The position numbers and the translations under genes were made by a program. Positions 1-10,942 of a DNA stretch of 31,852 nt are shown in pieces. The notes beneath the pieces were generated by a model that was given only the letters and a program-made list of their open reading frames with translations, searched no databases and had not been told where the DNA came from. Each line of letters begins with the position of its first letter. The stretch's first letter is position 1. Origin of the DNA: Octopus sinensis (lineage: Eukaryota); contig NW_021832169.1 of the NCBI RefSeq assembly GCF_006345805.1, positions 1 through 31,852 on the forward strand, written 5' to 3'.

Positions 1-29
1 TCAGGAAATTAAATATTGTTGCTAGTACA

Positions 30-700
30 ATGATCCTGTAGAAACAGGTTGAGGGGCACCAAGTGCAGAGCTTATACAGGTTTATGCATAAGCGATAATT
101 GTATAACCTGACTCTTAAGTGTGTCCAAAATTAAAAGCGAGGTCTTTAAATACTTCATTATTTCTATCAGATTTTTATTCCTTTCTTGTTCAACTACTTT
201 CTTGATACAGTCCCCCAGCAACAGAGATATTGGAGTATTTTGTGAATTCAATTGTTATAGAATAAAAGCAAATACGCCTTCTACAGAGACCATAGTTTTT
301 CAATTTTAATTGCTTACAATTCTGATTCAGCAAAATAAACAGCATTAATTCATGTCGATATCGATAGTAGTTTTTGCAGTTCAGCCTTTAAAGACTAAGA
401 ATCGTTTCTAGTATTTAAAAACTTATTTCATATTGTCTTAGTACTCACACTCATTAATTTAATCCTCTTTAAACATTTTTCTGAATATTCGGTATTTGTT
501 GGAGGCGTACAGAATGAACGGATAATTGTTCTCACTTCAGCGGATAGGTTTTCTGCATAGGAACTATTTCATTAAATTCAATTCGCTTCAGATCAACACT
601 TATTAAACACCTTCATATTTCAGAATCTACATCTACAACAGTTTGATAATAATCTTCGAATGTGCCTCTAAATTCGTTGATGACGTTTCAAGAGTTGTTA
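30..700 (-). mobile_element. Highly degenerate hAT-superfamily-like transposase remnant
   Basis: Manual minus-strand translation gives collinear fragments AENLSAEVRTIIRSF (~556-512), KRFLVFKG*TAKTTIDIDM (~408-350) and SVEGVFAFIL*QLNSQNTPISLLLGDCIKKVVEQERNKNLIEIMKYLKT (287-141). These resemble the order of hAT transposase core segments (VRKIVKLF / ERFLxLK / AEGVFxF...RRNxxL...YL). Many stops and frameshifts; similarity recalled, not searched. Confidence 0.45.
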
Positions 701-760
701 GTCAATCTAGCTTAATCACAATTTGCTTAAGTTTTATTGTTAAAGAACATCATAAAGAAC

Positions 761-980
761 TGTGTGGTAAGTAGCTTGCTTACCAACCACATGGTTTCGG
801 GTACAGTCCCACTGCATGGCACCTGGGCAAGTGTCTTCTACTATAGCCCCGGGCAGACCAAGCCTTGTGAGTGGATTTGGTAGACAGAAACGTAAAGAAG
901 CCCGTCGTATATATATGTATATATATATATATATATATAATATATATAATATCTGGTGTGATGTGTGTGTTGTGTGTGTG

Positions 981-1022
<42 letters not shown>

Positions 1023-1280
1023 TTGTTTGTGTGTGTGTGTGTATATAAAGCTCTTCAATATAAGTATATATATATATATGTTTCTGTGTGCATATGTTGT
1101 CTCTCCTCCATCGCTTACAACGATGTTGATGAGTTTATGTCCCCGTAACTTAGCGGTTCGGCACACAAGAAACCGATAGAATAAGTACTAGGCTTACAAA
1201 GAATAAATCTGGAGTCAATTTGTTCGACCTAAGGAGGTGCTCCAGCATGCCGCAGTCAAATGACTGAAACAAATAAAAAA
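761..1280 (+). mobile_element. Composite SINE: tRNA-like head with CORE-like domain (module A), internal (TA)n/(TG)n microsatellite, then 3' module C
   Basis: A (761-910): tggtaagtagcttgct...ggtacagtccc (B-box-like), then ggcacctgggcaagtgtcttctactatagc (similar to the CORE motif ccttgggcaagt). Microsatellite 908-1080. C (~1085-1280): tttatgtccccgtaacttagcggttcgg...ggtgctccagcatg...gactgaaacaaataaaa. The same A-microsatellite-C order recurs at 4528-4783 (-), 12372-13063 and 29315-29720. Confidence 0.8.
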
Positions 1281-1683
1281 ACATATATTTGTGTGTGTGT
1301 GTGTGTGTGTACGTTGAATTCAGATAGCTTTGCTTTTAAAATTTCAAAAATTTGTAGAGCAATAAATTTCTGATTTCCAGCAATTAATTTCATGAGTACA
1401 GCTAGATTGGCAAGAAAGAGTTTATTTATCTCACAAGATAGTGTCCCTAGATGATGTCACATGAGCAACGGCTCTGTGTTACGTTCGAACTGTAAACTCA
1501 GAATAGAGAGAAGATATGTCACATGACAAGTAGCACGTATTAGTCGTAATAACCCTGAAGTGGTTGTTACAAGTTTATAAAACAAAACAAAATACAATAA
1601 CACATCATTTCGTCATGCCATACGAAGTCTACAACCTAAACTAATATAAATGGCGTCGTATTGCTTGATACTCTCCTCTCCCT

Positions 1684-1896
1684 GAGGCAGCAAGCCAGTA
1701 GAATTGTTAGCACGTCGGTCCAAATGCATAGTGGCATTTCGTCCGCTTTGGCATTCTGAGTTCAAATTCCACCGAGGTAGGCTTTACCTTTCATCCTTTC
1801 GGGGTCGATAAAATAAGTACCAGTTGAGCACTGGGGTCGAAGTAGTCGACCTACCTATCTCCCAAAATTGCTGGCCTTTTACCAAAACTTTAAAAC
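1684..1896 (+). mobile_element. tRNA-derived SINE, family B
   Basis: gttagcacg...ctgagttcaaattcc (B box)...cctttcatcctttcggggtcgataaaataagtaccagttgagcactggggtcga. Matches copies at 7840, 9376, 16137, 21962 and 26458. Confidence 0.85.
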
Positions 1897-2439
1897 ATTT
1901 TCCTTCTCTTCACTCTAGACATATGAAACATTAATTACTGTTTGGTGTAATCTTATTAGATATTAATTTTAATATCTAACAATTATGCTGATCCTAGTAT
2001 ATTTAAATGTATAATTGCACACTATCGTGACTATTTAGTTGCAAAAAAATAACCCCCGCCTAAAAACCAATTCTGAAGTGGAAAATCAAATACATGTAAA
2101 AATACGTACAATTCATTTATCAGAACAGATAGTGGCAAATAGATTTTTAAAAATGTATTTTCATGTTACGTCGAGTTAAGTCACATGTCTTGGAACGAAT
2201 TACCGACGTAAGGTGAGGTATGCCAGTACTCACTGTAATATACTAAGTACACTCTTTCGTTGACAAATTGTAACGCTTGAATAGGTGTATTTGTATGGAA
2301 ATAAACGTGTATATGCGTATGTATGTATGTATGTATGTATGTCATGATTTATTTCAAGGTTTCTTGCCAATAGAGAAAAAAACTGATTTCTAACTTATAT
2401 CAAAGGCTCCTTCATTGGAATTTCAACATCAACAACAGG

Positions 2440-2472
<33 letters not shown>

Positions 2473-3051
2473 TGTATGTATGTATGTATGTGCGTGCGCG
2501 CGCGCTTATGTTCCATTTCTCTTTGTAATTTAGAATAAATTTTGACCGACCACCTATTTGGTAGCAAGATTATGAAGGAAAGTATCTTGTTTTAACTATC
2601 ATCCTTCAAATCTTAAGGCAGTCTTGCAGACTTTATAGTGCCAGTTATGGTGATCATTTGTAGCATATGAATTAAGGTTTTGCATTCTCACTCTAAGATC
2701 CGAAGTTCAACATGTATGTATGTATGTATGTATGTATGTATTATGTATGTATGTATGTATGTATGTATGTATGTATGTATGTATGTATGTATGCATGTAT
2801 GTAGTATGTGCGTGTAGGAATGTAAGTATGTTTTTACATGCATCATCTCTCGTGATGCATCTGGACACATCATGAGTGATGTTTTCAGGAGTTACTGCGT
2901 GTTTCGGTTCTTTCGAGGCCAGGTGACTTCATCCAGGTGACTCGACTGGGGTTGATCAAGCTCCAGATTGTGTCTAGTTGCATTACCCCTTGTAGCACTG
3001 TCCTTTCCAGAGCTTATGCCTCTTGATCCTTGTGTGTGTGTGTGTATATAT

Positions 3052-3095
<44 letters not shown>

Positions 3096-3181
3096 TATCT
3101 ATATATATTATAATCAATATACATACATATACACACATATATGTGTGTGTATATATACATATATATATACACACATGCACG

Positions 3182-3228
<47 letters not shown>

Positions 3229-3239
3229 ACACACACAGT

Positions 3240-3325
3240 TAATCCAAACATTTACAATGAGAAAACACAACAACGCGAGGACGTGGAACGAGTATAGTGT
3301 TATTGGACGCCCAGGAAAAGAAATA
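3240..3325 (+). repeat. Truncated relative of the hammerhead-bearing element at 12540-12750 (opposite orientation, ribozyme part absent)
   Basis: gtgttattggacgcccaggaaa resembles the reverse complement of 12660-12690 (gtattagtatggcgctcaggaaa). It follows a CA/TA microsatellite. Confidence 0.35.
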
Positions 3326-3649
3326 CACACTGCGTTTCAAGTTATTAACGGCTTAGCATATTTTTGTTTCATTTAAAAACTACTCGTTGAATTTCAACAA
3401 AATTTTCACAGAATGTCGACAACATTTATATGCATGTGGTATGTAAATCAACACAGAAACTACAGCCATTTACCAAATTTATGTAATCTTTCATTGTTTC
3501 AAATCATTAGCGATGTATAATTAAAATTCATGTAAACAAGAAAATACCAATTTAATTGTTTGGTTTACATACTGAAATGAAAACATACAGTCATAAACAT
3601 AGAAGAAATAGAAATAAACAAATAAACAGCGTTCAAAAATGATAGGTGT

Positions 3650-4527
3650 GCTGACTAGGAAGGGATATATGAGCCTTTCTCTGAAATAAGTTGGAAAAGA
3701 CGCTGGCTTATGGAACATGCAAATTTCTGGATTTCCTCAGATGTTATACCACGAGATACATCCAGTATCATCTGCCACAGTTCATCCTTGCTCCTAAATT
3801 GGCATCTATTCTCGTAAGCTCGTCGCTTTAGAATACTCCACAAATTTTCGATTGAGTTTAAGTCGGGGGAACAGGCAGGCCACTTCATCTTCCGAGGTCC
3901 ACCGAAGCCTAATTGTTGCAGATGCTCTGTAGTTTTCCTCGCCTAGTGCGAGAACGCATTATCTTGCATGAATATTATGGTTGCCTTGAAACTGATACTT
4001 TGCTTTTTTAACCAAGGTTCAAGGTGCTCCCTCACAAAGGCTATATAAGCATCCGCAGTCATTTTAATACCATCAGGCACTTTCCAAGGACCAACCATAA
4101 TACCTCCAATAACACCTGCCCAAATCATGGTGCCTCCTCCCCCTTGTTGGCATTTCAAGCATTGATGGCGATGTCGTCCATTTACAACCCGTCCTTTACT
4201 CCATTCATCAGGTCCATTAAGGGTAGCATGAGTTTCGTCCGTAAACAAAACTTTTGAAAAGTCGATCTTACATGTTATCTTCTGCCAATTTCAGACGATT
4301 TTGTATGTGTATTTTGTTTAACCTTTTTCAGAAGACGACATCGTGTAATTCTGGACATAGTTGTTTTACCAATGAGCTTGAAAAGTTCTCCACTTGTAAG
4401 ACCTGGGTTCTTTACAGCTTCACGCGACGCGTAATCCGTGACAGTGGATGTTGAGAAACAGCCTTCAACTGACCCTTGTCTGTTCTCTTACATATCTTCG
4501 TAGGAGCTGTACCAAATTTGAACAGTT
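3650..4527 (-). mobile_element. Tc1-like transposase pseudogene with DD37E spacing (TRT-type)
   Basis: Fragments KRTDKGQLKAVSQHPLSRI, EAVKNPGLTSGELF...RCRLLKK, KIDFSKVLFTDETHATLNGPD...QQGGGGTMIWAG...IFMQDNAFSH*ARKTTEHL...MKWPACSPDLNSIENLWSILKRR. ORFs 3943-4248 and 3655-3888 are in the same frame, split by a TAG at 3945-3943. I count 37 residues between the D of QDNA and the E of IENLW. Frameshifts upstream; no TIRs identified. Confidence 0.9.
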
Positions 4528-4783
4528 ACAGGAACACAAACACACCAACACCGCATGTCGCAGTAGTGTGGTGGAGGACACACACACGCACGCACGCACG
4601 TACACACACACACACACACAGACACACATATGCACACAAATACACATACATATATACAACAGGCTTCTTTCAGTTTCCGTACATCGAGTTGGCTCACAAG
4701 GCTTTGATCGACACTTGTCCAAGCTGCCACGCAGTGGGACTGAACTCAGAACCATGTGATCGGGAAGCAAACTTCTTCCTACA
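4528..4783 (-). mobile_element. Composite SINE (A module, CA/TG microsatellite, truncated C module) abutting the Tc1 remnant
   Basis: 4655-4783 is the reverse complement of module A with a ~20-bp internal deletion. 4528-4580 on the minus strand reads tgtcctccaccacactactgcgacatgcggtgttggtgtgtttgtgttcctgtaact, the start of module C. Confidence 0.7.
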
Positions 4784-4992
4784 TTTATGTATGTATGTAT
4801 GCATGAATGTATGCATGAATGTATGCATGTCTGTCTGTCTGTATGTCTGTCTGTCTGTCTGTCTGTATGTATGTATGTATGTATGTATGAATGAATGTAT
4901 GTATGTATGTATGTATGTATGTATGAATGAATGTATGTATGTATGTATGTATGTATGTATGTATGTATATATATGTATGTATGTATGTATAT

Positions 4993-5545
4993 GTCAGGTC
5001 ACTTTCGAGTGCTACTGGTAACATGTAATCCAGTACAACCTGTTGCATGGTCGGGTCGTCGGCGACTAAACCGGCAACCCCATAAGCTTGCTTGGTGAGG
5101 AGGGTGTTCATTGGACACCCTGCGGGATGAAAAACAAAAACCCGTCAAAGGGCGGAGGAACTCTTGAGAGTCTACAGCCATCCAATAAATGTCTTAAGGG
5201 TGTATCATGCGCGGGGACATAGAAATAATCGGACTGAATACCCGATCACGCTGTTAAACCATTAGGAGTGAAGGACTCCTAGCCTTTGTTACGGCATCCT
5301 TCTAGGAGAAGGTAACTCAGGTAACTGGGATAACTCCGACATAAAACCTGGGGCTCAGTGGTTACCGATGATATTGACTTGTTCTTCTTTTCGGATTATG
5401 GCTGCTGTTGCTTAGTGAGTGGGATTGACTCAGTGCACAGCCTTTCCCCACTTTAAAAAAAATCTTCTTGCACAGGCATTGCATGATAACAACATTGATT
5501 AAGCTTCGTGCAATGGCCATACTCGATAACGAGGGGGCACCCACC
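4993..5545. repeat. Unclassified GC-richer, hairpin-rich interspersed element between (ATGT)n tracts, possibly a LINE (RTE-type) 5' region
   Basis: Abrupt compositional change between microsatellite tracts 4786-4992 and 5546-5892, several stems (see findings), and no ORF of note. Confidence 0.35.
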
Positions 5546-6850
5546 ATGTATGTATGAATGAATGAATGAATGAATGTATGCATGCATGTATGCATGTATG
5601 CATGTCTGTCTGTCAGTCTGTCTGTCTGTCTGTCTGTCTGTCTGTATGTATGTATGTATGTATGTATGTATGAATGAATGAATGTATGTATGTATGTATG
5701 TATGTATGTATGAATGAATGAATGAATGAATGTATGTGTGTATGAATGAATGAATGTATGTATGTATGTATGTATGTATGTGTGTGTGTGTATGTATGTA
5801 TGTATGTATTTATGTATGTATGTATGTATGTATGTATGTATGTATGTATGTATGTATGTATGTATGTATGTATGTATGTATGATGTATGTATCTATTGCT
5901 CCTTACTAGTAAACTATTCCTCTTATTTTCGTTAAGGAATAGCTTGTCTGATGTACTATTAAATTCTTTAAATATCGTCTTGCCCAAACTCTCCTTTTCT
6001 CTCTTTCTCTCTGTTCCTCTCTCCCCTCGCTATCTTTTTTCCTTTTTCTCTCTCTTTTCCCTTCCTTCCTTCCTCTCTTTTTCGTTTACCGTTCTCTCTG
6101 TCTCTCTTCAATGCCTCTCGTCGCTCCTACTTCCCCAAGCTCTCTCAGTTGCGCGCGTTTTGAAAACAAGTTTGGAGTTAAAGGTGTAAGCTTAGCGTTC
6201 CCATTCCCCCATACACCCAGACATACCAGGTGTAAATCGGGATGATGGGGTGTTCGGCTGGCTGTTTTAGCTGCTTGCTCGTTTCTACGCGTACATGCAT
6301 TCGTTGATCGGCTTGCGTGCTGTGTGTGAGTGTTTTATGTTTGTGTGTAAATGTACGTTTGTGTCCTCGTGTGTTTATGCAAGTTCGCAAGCATCTTTGT
6401 GAGCTTGTACGAGCATGTGGTTGCATGCATATTAAGAGGTGGCATGTGCGTGCGTGCATGTGTATATAATTGAGCATGTGCAAGCCTCTGTGTGTGCGTG
6501 TGTGCATATATATATATATGTGTGTGTGTGTGGTGTGTGTGTGTGTGTTGTGTGTATACGTTTGTATGCGTGTGGATAGGTGCTTGTCTGAATAAGTGTT
6601 TACGTGTTAGTTTGTGCGCCTGCTTGGTTTTGCACGCGCCTTTTTTCCGTGTGAGTGTGTATGTGAGGGTTGCTTATGCATGTGTGTTAGCGTGAGTGTG
6701 TGTATTGTGTGATTACATACACACATACTCAAGCTAATACATACAAATACACAAGCGTGTGATCGCACTATGTTTACTAGAGTGCGTAGTCTATTTCTGT
6801 ACACATCTTACATATGAACGCATATAGGTGTGTAGGCTTTGCATACAAAT

Positions 6851-6885
<35 letters not shown>

Positions 6886-7402
6886 TTGCTTATGTATATC
6901 TATATATGTATATATACATGCGCTCATGTGCGTACACGTATGCTTTAAGAGCCCCGTCTAGTGGTCGAATGTTGGCCCCTGTAAGAAAGTAGTTTATGCT
7001 TAGCAGGTGTGCTGGTATATTATCCATGTAACTCTGAAGCTCTGCTTAACCAAAGCGATGGACGTCCCACTACCGCTTTTTTTGTTTTGTTTTTGTTATC
7101 ATTATGCATGCAGAGGCCATCTTTGAAACTGGAGTTACTCCCCGACAAGTGAAACTATATAATATAATTCTGTTTTTCTTTCTTAAACTGTTTTATGCTG
7201 TTGAAGGTGTAATTGATGTTATGTTGGTGTATTGTTGCTTAACGAGCAGACTTATTAAATATCTTCCAATCATGACTGTCACGTCCTTGTATGGCATTTG
7301 GCTCATTGTCCTAGCATGTTCGCGTCCATTGCATGTTTTTTTTTCTGTTTTTGTTGTCTTTTTTCTCCGTATGTTCTTTCGTCGTCCCTCTGTGTCATGT
7401 TA

Positions 7403-7461
7403 TTTATTATTATTATTATTATTATATTATTATTATTATATTATTATTATTATTATTATTA

Positions 7462-7527
<66 letters not shown>
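7403..7527. repeat. (TTA)n microsatellite
   Basis: Direct reading; it explains the poly-L/Y/I ORFs at 7104-7615. Confidence 0.98.
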
Positions 7528-7528
<1 letters not shown>

Positions 7529-7839
7529 TGGGGCGGTAACGTGTTATTCGAGGGAGATTTGGTTGCTCGCTCTAGTAAGTTCAGCGATCGCAAAAATCCA
7601 TCACTGATTCATTGAAGTTGCTATGTGCGTGCATGCACGTTTGTGTGTGCGTGTGTGTGGTGTGTTTGTGTGTTTGTGTGTGTATGAGTGCATATTTGAA
7701 AGAGATTTTGAGAGATGGGGTGGGAAATGAAGTTTGTCCTACCGGTCACAGGATATCCTTGGTGGAAGAACTGGATAGGGGAACTCTACTGGAATAGCTG
7801 GAGGAGTTAAAATCGGTGTTAAACTTCGGAGCATTATCT

Positions 7840-7970
7840 TTTGAGTTCAAATCCCGCTGAAATCAACTTTGTCTTTCATCCCTCCGAGGTTGATAAAATG
7901 AAGGACCAGTCAATTACTGGAGTTGATTTAATCGACCCCCTACCCACTCCCAAACTTCAAGACTTGTGCA
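7840..7970 (+). mobile_element. Diverged family B SINE
   Basis: ttgagttcaaatcccgctgaaatcaactttgtctttcatccctccgaggttgataaaatg...actggagttgatttaatcgac. Confidence 0.7.
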
Positions 7971-8500
7971 GTTTTATACAGTTATATGCTTCTATATCTA
8001 GCTAATCTGGGGGTGAAATGAAGCTTATAACCCCTCCCCCTATCGTTCGAGAAGAAAGTGGTCAAGAGAAGTAACAACTGGAAAATCCATTTTTATGTAG
8101 TGTATATAGAATAGTGCTTCTTAACGTAGGTGTTAACACCCGTTTGAGGGACTATACAAGGAGGCATTAGAGAGTGCTGGTTGTTAAGAAAGGTTTGTCG
8201 TGATTTTTCTTACTAATACATTTCATTTATATTTCAAACACATTTAATAAAAAAAAAAGGGAATCATTATTGTGATTAGAACATGAGTAGAGCATTGTGT
8301 TGTCAATTTACAGAAACACGACCATGATGCACCAAGATCCAGTATAATTTTATTATATGAGTCCTCGCTCTCTTTAATAATTTCTTTGAAAATTAAACAT
8401 ATGAGGAGTTAATTTATGTAAATGTCTAAAAAGAGTTACACACCGGATGGGATAGGATAATACTTAAAATTTAGTTTCTGTGTGCGCGCGCGTGTGTATA

Positions 8501-8690
8501 GTTTATCCCCCACTCTGCTTGAAATCCGGCGTTTGTTTATGTCCCCGTAACTTAGCATTTCAACCTTAGAGATCAATAGAATAAATTCCAGACTTTAAAA
8601 ATAAGTACTAGGGTTGATTTGCTCGACTAAACCCTTCAAGGTAGTGCCCCAGCATGACTGCAGGCCAATAACTGAAACAAGTAAAAGATT
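8501..8690 (+). mobile_element. SINE module C
   Basis: tttatgtccccgtaacttagc...ataagtactagggttgatttgctcgactaaacccttcaaggtagtgccccagcatg...actgaaacaagtaaaag, preceded by a short TG run. Confidence 0.8.
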
Positions 8691-9375
8691 ATATTAAACT
8701 GATGGCTATTATTTTTTTCTCATTCAAAAATGTGTGTGTATGTATAAATGTTACGTGAAACGATAATTTGAAAACGAAAGAATGTAATATGGAATTTAAT
8801 ATAAATTTACATATGTAAGTGTGTGTGTGAAATTGTTAAAGTAAATATTGTTTATGATAAAAGTTTTCACGACTTCTGAGTAAAACCTTCTCGTTACAGT
8901 TTGACTGCATTGAGCGTTTGTGACTGTCATTGACTCCCATTCCGTTTGTTGCTTTAGTTTCCCTCTGCCAGCGTGACTGATGTGAAACTCATTGCATTTC
9001 ATTATATGTAAGATAAGATTGATTAAGCATTAAGAAAGAAGAATGAGCTTTCAACTGGAAAAGACAAACAGAGCAACTAAGTTGGGACGTTGTTATAGTA
9101 ACGCAGTAGAAACACTGACAGATAATTTAGAAAACTTCAAACTATTTCATTAATGATTATGAGGTAATTGCAAAATAAATAAATAAATAAAATAAACAGA
9201 ATGACACCAGCTCATGTCGAATGATTTAAAAAGTATAAATCTTATAAATTGGAAAAAATTTACACACACACACACACACACACCACACACAACACACACA
9301 CACACACACACACATGCACGCATGCACGCATGCATGCTGCACAAAGACATGTAGCGTATTATACATATTGATAAA

Positions 9376-9992
9376 GGCGGCGAGCTGGCAGAAACGTTAG
9401 CACGCCGGGCGAAATGCTTAGCAGTATTTCGTCTGTCGCTACGTTTTGAGTTCAAATTCCTCCGAGGTCGACTTTGCCTTTCATCCTTTCGGGGTCGATT
9501 AAATAAGTACCAGTTACGCACTGGGGTCGATATAATCGACTTAATCCGTTTGTCTGTCCTTGTTCGTCCCCTCTGTGTTTAGCCCCTTGTGGGTAGTAAA
9601 GAAATAGGTATTTCGTCTGCCGCTACGTTCTGAGTTCAAATTCCGCCGAGGTCGACTTTGCCTTTCATCCTTTCGGGGTCGATAAATTAAGTACCAGTTA
9701 CGCACTGGGGTCGATATAATCGACTTAATCCGTTTGTCTGTCCTTGTTTATCCCCTCTATGTTTAGCCCCTTGTGGGCAATAAAGAAATAAGAATCGTTA
9801 GCACGTCGAGCTAAATGCTTAGCAGTATTTCGTCTGCTGCTACGTTCTGAGTCCAAATTCCGCCGAGGTCGACTTTACCTTTCATCCTTTCGGGGTCGAT
9901 GAATTATGTACCAGTGAAATACTGGGGTCGATGTAATCGAGTAGTCCCCTCCCCAAAATTTCAGGCCTTGTGCCTATAGTAGAAAAGATTAT
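9376..9992 (+). mobile_element. Head-to-tail trimer of family B SINE units
   Basis: Three near-identical bodies (ctgagttcaaattccgccgaggtcgactttgcctttcatcctttcggggtcgat...actggggtcgat) start near 9376, 9608 and 9793. Units 1 and 2 end in a tail ending cttgtgggyaryaaagaaata; unit 3 ends in ccctccccaaaatttcaggccttgtgcctatag. Confidence 0.9.
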
Positions 9993-10139
9993 ACATATTG
10001 ATACATTTAGCAATATAAATTGAAATTTGGCTATATCTGATGGTTTAATGTGACATTGTCAGATGTCAGTTAACTTCTATGTGGTTTTCCAACATAAAAT
10101 TCCTGTCCTATCTACCCTACTTATGTAATGCATCTTCAC

Positions 10140-10335
10140 GTTGTACATGAACCAATAAAGAAGCCTCTCGACTTGTTAGAAATAGCAACCAAATCCCCCC
10201 GCAAATCACAACACACTATCTTAAAAGAGGAAGTATACATTGGGTAATATCATCCAGGATATATCCTAACAGAGAAAGAGAGGCCGGTGACAGAATATAT
10301 TTGATCACTGATCTACTCTATCAGTGTTGACCTAT
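10140..10335 (+). repeat. Interspersed repeat family D (fragments also at ~7530-7595 and ~23800-23895 on the minus strand)
   Basis: Shared motifs gcaaccaaatc(t/c)cc and tttgatcactgatc recur in inverted orientation at the other loci. Confidence 0.45.
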
Positions 10336-10889
10336 TATAGATTTCATCATGAAATCGATAATGATGTTACGGGCATCATTGATCGTATCATCCCTTTTCC
10401 TCCTCCCCTTAAAACAAACAACAGCTGTCATATGGCGCAGAGTTAGAGTAAAGTTGTTGAGATTTTCTGACGACCTTTTCTAATCAGTAACCCCGATTCG
10501 CAATAGCTCTTCATATTTTTTTCTAGATGCGTAATTTTAAAGCTATACAAGTAGCAAGCGGTTAATGATGCCATTAAAGATCTTGAAAATATCAATGACA
10601 TCAGATCATTAGTGAAATTGTATTCTCTATCTAAAAAGAAATATTGACCTCTGTTGGATTCGATGATGTGTGTTCCCACTGTTTGATTAACGAACAGTGT
10701 AATCGTTTAATTAACGTTCAAGTAGCTGACCATTCCACAGACACGTGTACTCTTAATGTAATTCTAAAGATATAGTCTGGTTTTAATTCGTGTCTCAATA
10801 TATTATATATTTTATTACGGCTTTGAATTGGGTGGGAACGAAACAAATAATAGGTCTCAATGTATGACATTATCTTTCGATTCGCGTAT

Positions 10890-10942
10890 CTGAGTTCAAG
10901 GCTTATATTCCACCCTGTCCTGAGTTCAAGGCTTATATTCCA
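10890..10942. repeat. Short direct duplication (23 bp, 30-bp period)
   Basis: ctgagttcaaggcttatattcca at 10890-10912 and 10920-10942. Confidence 0.9.

Noticed and set aside
2900-2945. Minus-strand ctggatgaag...ccgaaac hammerhead-like pattern with a ccaggtgact direct repeat
   Set aside because: The core has an insertion and there is no coherent stem II or stem I.
10421-10436. Adjacent E-boxes CAGCTG and CATATG; octamer ATGCAAAT at 11291-11298
   Set aside because: Single short motifs are expected by chance in 32 kb, and there is no clustering or conservation evidence.
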